Source: a virus (Duplodnaviria > Heunggongvirae > Uroviricota > Caudoviricetes). Taken from it: a stretch of DNA of 9,732 bases. Numbering within the stretch: the first letter of the stretch is position 1; each line of letters opens with the position of its first letter. The notes under the pieces are model-generated. The model did not search any database. It was not told the origin of the DNA and saw nothing but the letters and a program-made list of their open reading frames with translations. The stretch lies in IMG/VR virus record IMGVR_UViG_2671180415_000013; one strand, given 5' to 3'. A program made the translations under genes and the position numbers. This document shows positions 6,365-9,732 of the stretch, one piece after another.

Positions 6365-6578
6365 TCAAGGTTATTTCTGGAAGTCAAGTCGTGAGTGATG
6401 AGGACTAACAAATACGGTGAACTCGATAAAGAGATTCAGGACGAACTGGAGGCCAGGAATGATTGACAAATCACCAAGTGAGTTCAGCTACAAAGATTTA
6501 TTGTCATAACGGGTTATGAGATCGACTTGGTGCGTGATATTCTTCGGGCCAGTTTGCTATGCGCCACCATGAGATGTT

Positions 6579-8411
6579 ATGGCCCGCATGTTTGATACAT
6601 TAGGATTTTACATTATGAATGTGCAACATTTTGATTTTTTTACAGATAATGAGTTTTCTAATCTGGAAAGATATCAAACTTGTAAAGCCATGGCCAAAGG
6701 TTATGCGGGCAATTACAAAACCGGGCAGTCAAGGTTGATGCATGCCCGCTCATACTGCTTCAGCATCGTAGCTGCATATTGGGATACCCTTGCAAAAAAG
6801 CAAAAAAGCAGCATTAAAATGAGGGCAGTACCGCACACTGTTTACATAGAAGACATTCCATGTGATGCACGCGAGCTCGCTGAACGAACAGGTGAGCTTA
6901 TTGCTCAATTTCCGGCGGAGGACGCTGGATATCTGATTGGGTCAATTTATACGGTAATGCTGCCATCCGCTTACCGTTCGGAATTGGGGGCTTACTATAC
7001 CCCCCCACCTTTGGTAGCGCGTCTCTTGGACCTGGCTGAAAAGTCTGGTGTTGATTTTTCTCATGCATCGGTTATTGATCCTGCGTGTGGTGGCGGTGCA
7101 TTTTTGGCACCAGTAGCCATTCGAATGTTAAAAAAAGACAAGGGGTCTTCCCCTGAATGGATGTTGAGGAGAATCAGTCGTCGTTTAAAGGGGATAGAGA
7201 TCGATCCATTTGCGGCTTGGATGAGTTTGGTATTGCTCGAATCTGTACTAATGCCACTATGTGTAAAGGTAAAACGTAGATTGCCTGAAGATACAATTAT
7301 TGTTGCTGATGCGCTTCAGCAAGATAAATTTTCTGGTTATGATCTTGTGGTAGGGAATCCGCCTTACGGACGTGTCACTCTCGATATTAAAACGAGAGAA
7401 AAATATTCTCGTTCGTTATTTGGTCATGCAAATCTATATGGATTGTTCACCGACTTAGCTGTTCGCATGGTTAAAGAGAAAACAGGAGTTATTGCATTTC
7501 TTACGCCAACTTCTTTTCTTGGTGGGCAGTATTTCACCGCGCTGCGAACCCTTTTGACCGAAAAAACTACTCCGTATGCCCTTGATTTCGTCACTGACAG
7601 GGATGGGGTCTTTGACGATGTTCTCCAGGAAACAATGTTGACAGCATTCAAGGCGGGAGAACATAAAGTTCGGGCCCAGGTATCCTCACTTGTCCCTAAG
7701 GGGTTGAACAAAGCAAAAATTGAGAAAATAGGTAATGTTGATATAGAAAAAGGTGGAGCAACGTGGCTTTTGCCACGCGTTAAAGATGATGCCTGTTTTC
7801 TTAATGTATTAAAACAGATGTCTACGCGTTTAGCTGATCTGGGATACTCAGTCTCTACAGGTCAGTTAGTCTGGAATCGATTTAAGTCGCAGTTGCGTAC
7901 GACGAAAGGAAAAAATAGCTACCCATTAGTCTGGGCGGAATCAATAACTTCAGCTGGTTTTCGTTTTAGTGCAGACAGAAAAAATCATGTTCCCTATATC
8001 GATATAACCCCACAACAGGGTTTCCTTGTGACAAAATCTGAATGTGTGCTTGTTCAGCGGACAACATCGAAGGAACAGGACAGAAGGATTTTAGCGGCAA
8101 TTTTACCTCAGGGATTTATAGATGAAACTGGTGGCGTAGTAGTTGAAAACCATATTAATATTGTATATTCAAACGGATTGTTCTCTGCGGTTCGCCCTGA
8201 TGTTATTGATATGCTACTTAATTCGCATGTTGTCGATCGGGCGTTCAGGTGTATAAGCGGAAGTGTTGCTGTTTCGGCCTATGAATTGCATTCAATCCCG
8301 TTGCCTTCTCTGGAGCAGGTGATGGAGATTCAATCGTTAATTGATGCTGGCGTCCACAGACGGATTATTGAGAGAACTATCGCTGGTTTCTATGGAGTGA
8401 TGATTGCATGA
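6579..8411 (+). CDS. N6-adenine DNA methyltransferase, gamma-class (Eco57I/TaqI-like N6_Mtase fold) with a C-terminal target-recognition region
   Basis: Motif order X then I then IV: GAYYTPPPLVARLL (motif X), VIDPACGGGAFLAP (AdoMet-binding motif I), DLVVGNPPYGRV (catalytic NPPY motif IV), followed by about 300 aa of putative TRD. The start is uncertain among ATGs at 6579, 6588 and 6615. The TGA stop overlaps the ATG of the next gene (ATGA at 8408-8411). Confidence 0.9.
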   Translation: MARMFDTLGFYIMNVQHFDFFTDNEFSNLERYQTCKAMAKGYAGNYKTGQSRLMHARSYCFSIVAAYWDTLAKKQKSSIKMRAVPHTVYIEDIPCDARELAERTGELIAQFPAEDAGYLIGSIYTVMLPSAYRSELGAYYTPPPLVARLLDLAEKSGVDFSHASVIDPACGGGAFLAPVAIRMLKKDKGSSPEWMLRRISRRLKGIEIDPFAAWMSLVLLESVLMPLCVKVKRRLPEDTIIVADALQQDKFSGYDLVVGNPPYGRVTLDIKTREKYSRSLFGHANLYGLFTDLAVRMVKEKTGVIAFLTPTSFLGGQYFTALRTLLTEKTTPYALDFVTDRDGVFDDVLQETMLTAFKAGEHKVRAQVSSLVPKGLNKAKIEKIGNVDIEKGGATWLLPRVKDDACFLNVLKQMSTRLADLGYSVSTGQLVWNRFKSQLRTTKGKNSYPLVWAESITSAGFRFSADRKNHVPYIDITPQQGFLVTKSECVLVQRTTSKEQDRRILAAILPQGFIDETGGVVVENHINIVYSNGLFSAVRPDVIDMLLNSHVVDRAFRCISGSVAVSAYELHSIPLPSLEQVMEIQSLIDAGVHRRIIERTIAGFYGVMIA

Positions 8412-9490
8412 ATCTGCCTGTTGTTCCCCCATTGAATGTTATCCGGGAAAGATTACAATTAATTTTCCCTGAAGGGACTGAGAATCGTGGATATTTAATT
8501 CGGGAAATAGCTGCAAAAACAATTTTTGTCATGTTTTATGCTGGTGCGGTTGAGGGGCTGGGGCGATGGATAAGGCCCAGCCAGGTTGTAAGTATGGGAG
8601 ATTCGCAGGCTGCTCTTACTGATGATGCGTCCAGAGAAAGCTGGGTAAAGATGACTTTCTCTAAACAAAAGATAAGGCCTGCTGATGCATGGTATGCGGA
8701 AAATACGCGTGAGCCAATACGTGATGAAACTATAAAAAATGGCCTAATACCTTGCAATGCAATTGTTGAGCGTAAAGGTATACCCACCACATCCTCTCGT
8801 CCTCGTTACAGTTTGAATCGCTCTTTTGCAGCACTCTTTGATGCCGGGCTTGAAGGAGATTCGCTGCTGAGTGCAATAAGTTCCTGGCAAGAAAATCATT
8901 TGAACAAAGCCGCTCTTGCTAGGTTGCGTTTATTGAAATCAGGGGCAGTGATTGCTGCTGATGCCGTAGTCGTCACTTTCCCAAATGGAGAGAAGAGAAC
9001 TTTAGCTCCGGGCCCGTCAAGTACAATAGCTAAGGCCGTCATCGAAGTTTTTGCTCCTAATTTTCTTAAGAATCCAACTGTGCTCTGGTTGTCTGAATCC
9101 GGGAATAAAGTTGTTGCTCAGGATGATGTATTGGCAAAAGCATTGGGGCTGAATATTGATGCCTCAAAAGCACTTCCAGATATTATTTTGATTGATTTGG
9201 GAGAGGACCGAACGGGTTCGGACATGCTTGTAGTTTTCACTGAAGTAGTTGCGACAGATGGGCCTATAAACAGGGAACGAAAAGTTACTCTCACTCATTT
9301 GGCTATTGACGCTGGGTTCAGCGAGAAAAATCTTGCATTCCTTACGGCATTTATGGACAGAAGTGCTCTGCCTTTTAAAAAGGCAATACCAGAATTGGCG
9401 TGGGGATCTTATGCATGGTTTGCTTCTGAACCGGAGCACTTAATTGATCTTCGGGATGGTTATCCGGTAAAGATCAGCCAGAGAAAATGA
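8408..9490 (+). CDS. Uncharacterised 360-aa protein translationally coupled to the methyltransferase; candidate cognate restriction endonuclease (possibly BsuBI/PstI-like), unverified
   Basis: Confident as a gene: long ORF, same strand, 4-nt overlap with the MTase stop, GGAG 10 nt upstream, same AT-richer composition as the MTase. The function is inferred only from context; I cannot point to a canonical PD-(D/E)xK motif by eye. The segment DIILIDLGEDRTGSDMLVVFTEVVATDG is a possible degenerate nuclease core. Confidence 0.6.
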   Translation: MNLPVVPPLNVIRERLQLIFPEGTENRGYLIREIAAKTIFVMFYAGAVEGLGRWIRPSQVVSMGDSQAALTDDASRESWVKMTFSKQKIRPADAWYAENTREPIRDETIKNGLIPCNAIVERKGIPTTSSRPRYSLNRSFAALFDAGLEGDSLLSAISSWQENHLNKAALARLRLLKSGAVIAADAVVVTFPNGEKRTLAPGPSSTIAKAVIEVFAPNFLKNPTVLWLSESGNKVVAQDDVLAKALGLNIDASKALPDIILIDLGEDRTGSDMLVVFTEVVATDGPINRERKVTLTHLAIDAGFSEKNLAFLTAFMDRSALPFKKAIPELAWGSYAWFASEPEHLIDLRDGYPVKISQRK

Positions 9491-9642
9491 CCAAAGTTTG
9501 ATATCCGCCACGCCCTGAAGGATGGGGGTTTTACGGTGCACTGGATAAAAAATCGGTTTCATAGATTTGCCCACCGTGGTATACGCCTGCGATAAAAACT
9601 TTATTGTCATCAACGGCAAAAGCAATAATTGTTCTGTGGCGG

Positions 9643-9732
9643 GGTGATGCTGCCAACTTACTGATTTAGTGTATGATGGTGTTTTTGAGGTGCTCCAGTG
9701 GCTTCTGTTTCTATCAGCTGTCCCTCCTGTTC
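9643..9732 (+). mobile_element. IS1 left-end fragment (left inverted repeat 9643-9665 and start of insA); the window ends inside the element
   Basis: GGTGATGCTGCCAACTTACTGAT at 9643-9665 matches the IS1 left terminal repeat as I recall it. It is followed by tttagtgtatgatggtgtttttgaggtgctccaGTGgcttctgtttctatcagctgtccctcctg, which encodes the InsA N-terminus. Confidence 0.85.
9698..9732 (+). CDS. insA: IS1 InsA N-terminal fragment (3' end lies outside the window)
   Basis: GTG at 9698, then ASVSISCPSC..., the InsA zinc-finger N-terminus. Confidence 0.75.
   Translation, partial: MASVSISCPSC

Noticed and set aside
6084-6411. Minus-strand ORFs 6084..6368 and 6157..6411
   Set aside because: They are antisense to the zinc-ribbon protein gene, which has a strong SD.
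6397-6465. 22-codon ORF and a TTGACA hexamer (6463-6468) upstream of the methyltransferase
   Set aside because: The ORF is too short to support. No acceptable -10 element lies 16-18 bp downstream of TTGACA, so I do not call a promoter.
7424-7711. Minus-strand ORFs inside the methyltransferase gene
   Set aside because: They are antisense to a gene with canonical MTase motifs.
8536-9625. Minus-strand ORFs 8536..8790, 9164..9439 and 9440..9625
   Set aside because: The first two are antisense to the 360-aa gene. The third has a TTG start, no SD, and overlaps the end of that gene.
1-9732. Search for LexA boxes (CTGT-N8-ACAG), tRNA genes and CRISPR repeats
   Set aside because: By eye I found no convincing LexA box, no cloverleaf-capable tRNA-like segment, and no regularly spaced repeat-spacer array. 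These are negative results and could be overturned by a proper scan.

Overview
This window reads as the early/immunity region of a lambdoid (Rac/CP-933-like) enterobacterial prophage, bracketed by two partial IS1 copies in the same orientation (IS1 right end at 1-91, IS1 left end at 9643-9732). Left to right: two small uncharacterised leftward genes; a leftward three-gene operon (cI-like repressor lacking a LexA-type peptidase domain, a PaaA2-like antitoxin, a ParE toxin) that ends at an intrinsic terminator; a divergent operator/promoter region with a perfect palindrome; then rightward a Cro-like regulator, a YdaT-like (CII-analogue) protein, an O-like replication initiator carrying two clusters of ~10-bp-phased GTCACG iterons, and a DnaC-like helicase loader. 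After three poorly characterised genes comes an AT-richer cargo block: a gamma-class N6-adenine DNA methyltransferase whose stop overlaps the start of an unassigned 360-aa protein, which is my best candidate for a restriction or other defence partner. Two runs of N (4021-4289, 5594-5876) interrupt the DnaC-like gene and one unknown gene. All calls come from reading the sequence and from recalled family features; no database search was run, and I found no tRNA or CRISPR array.
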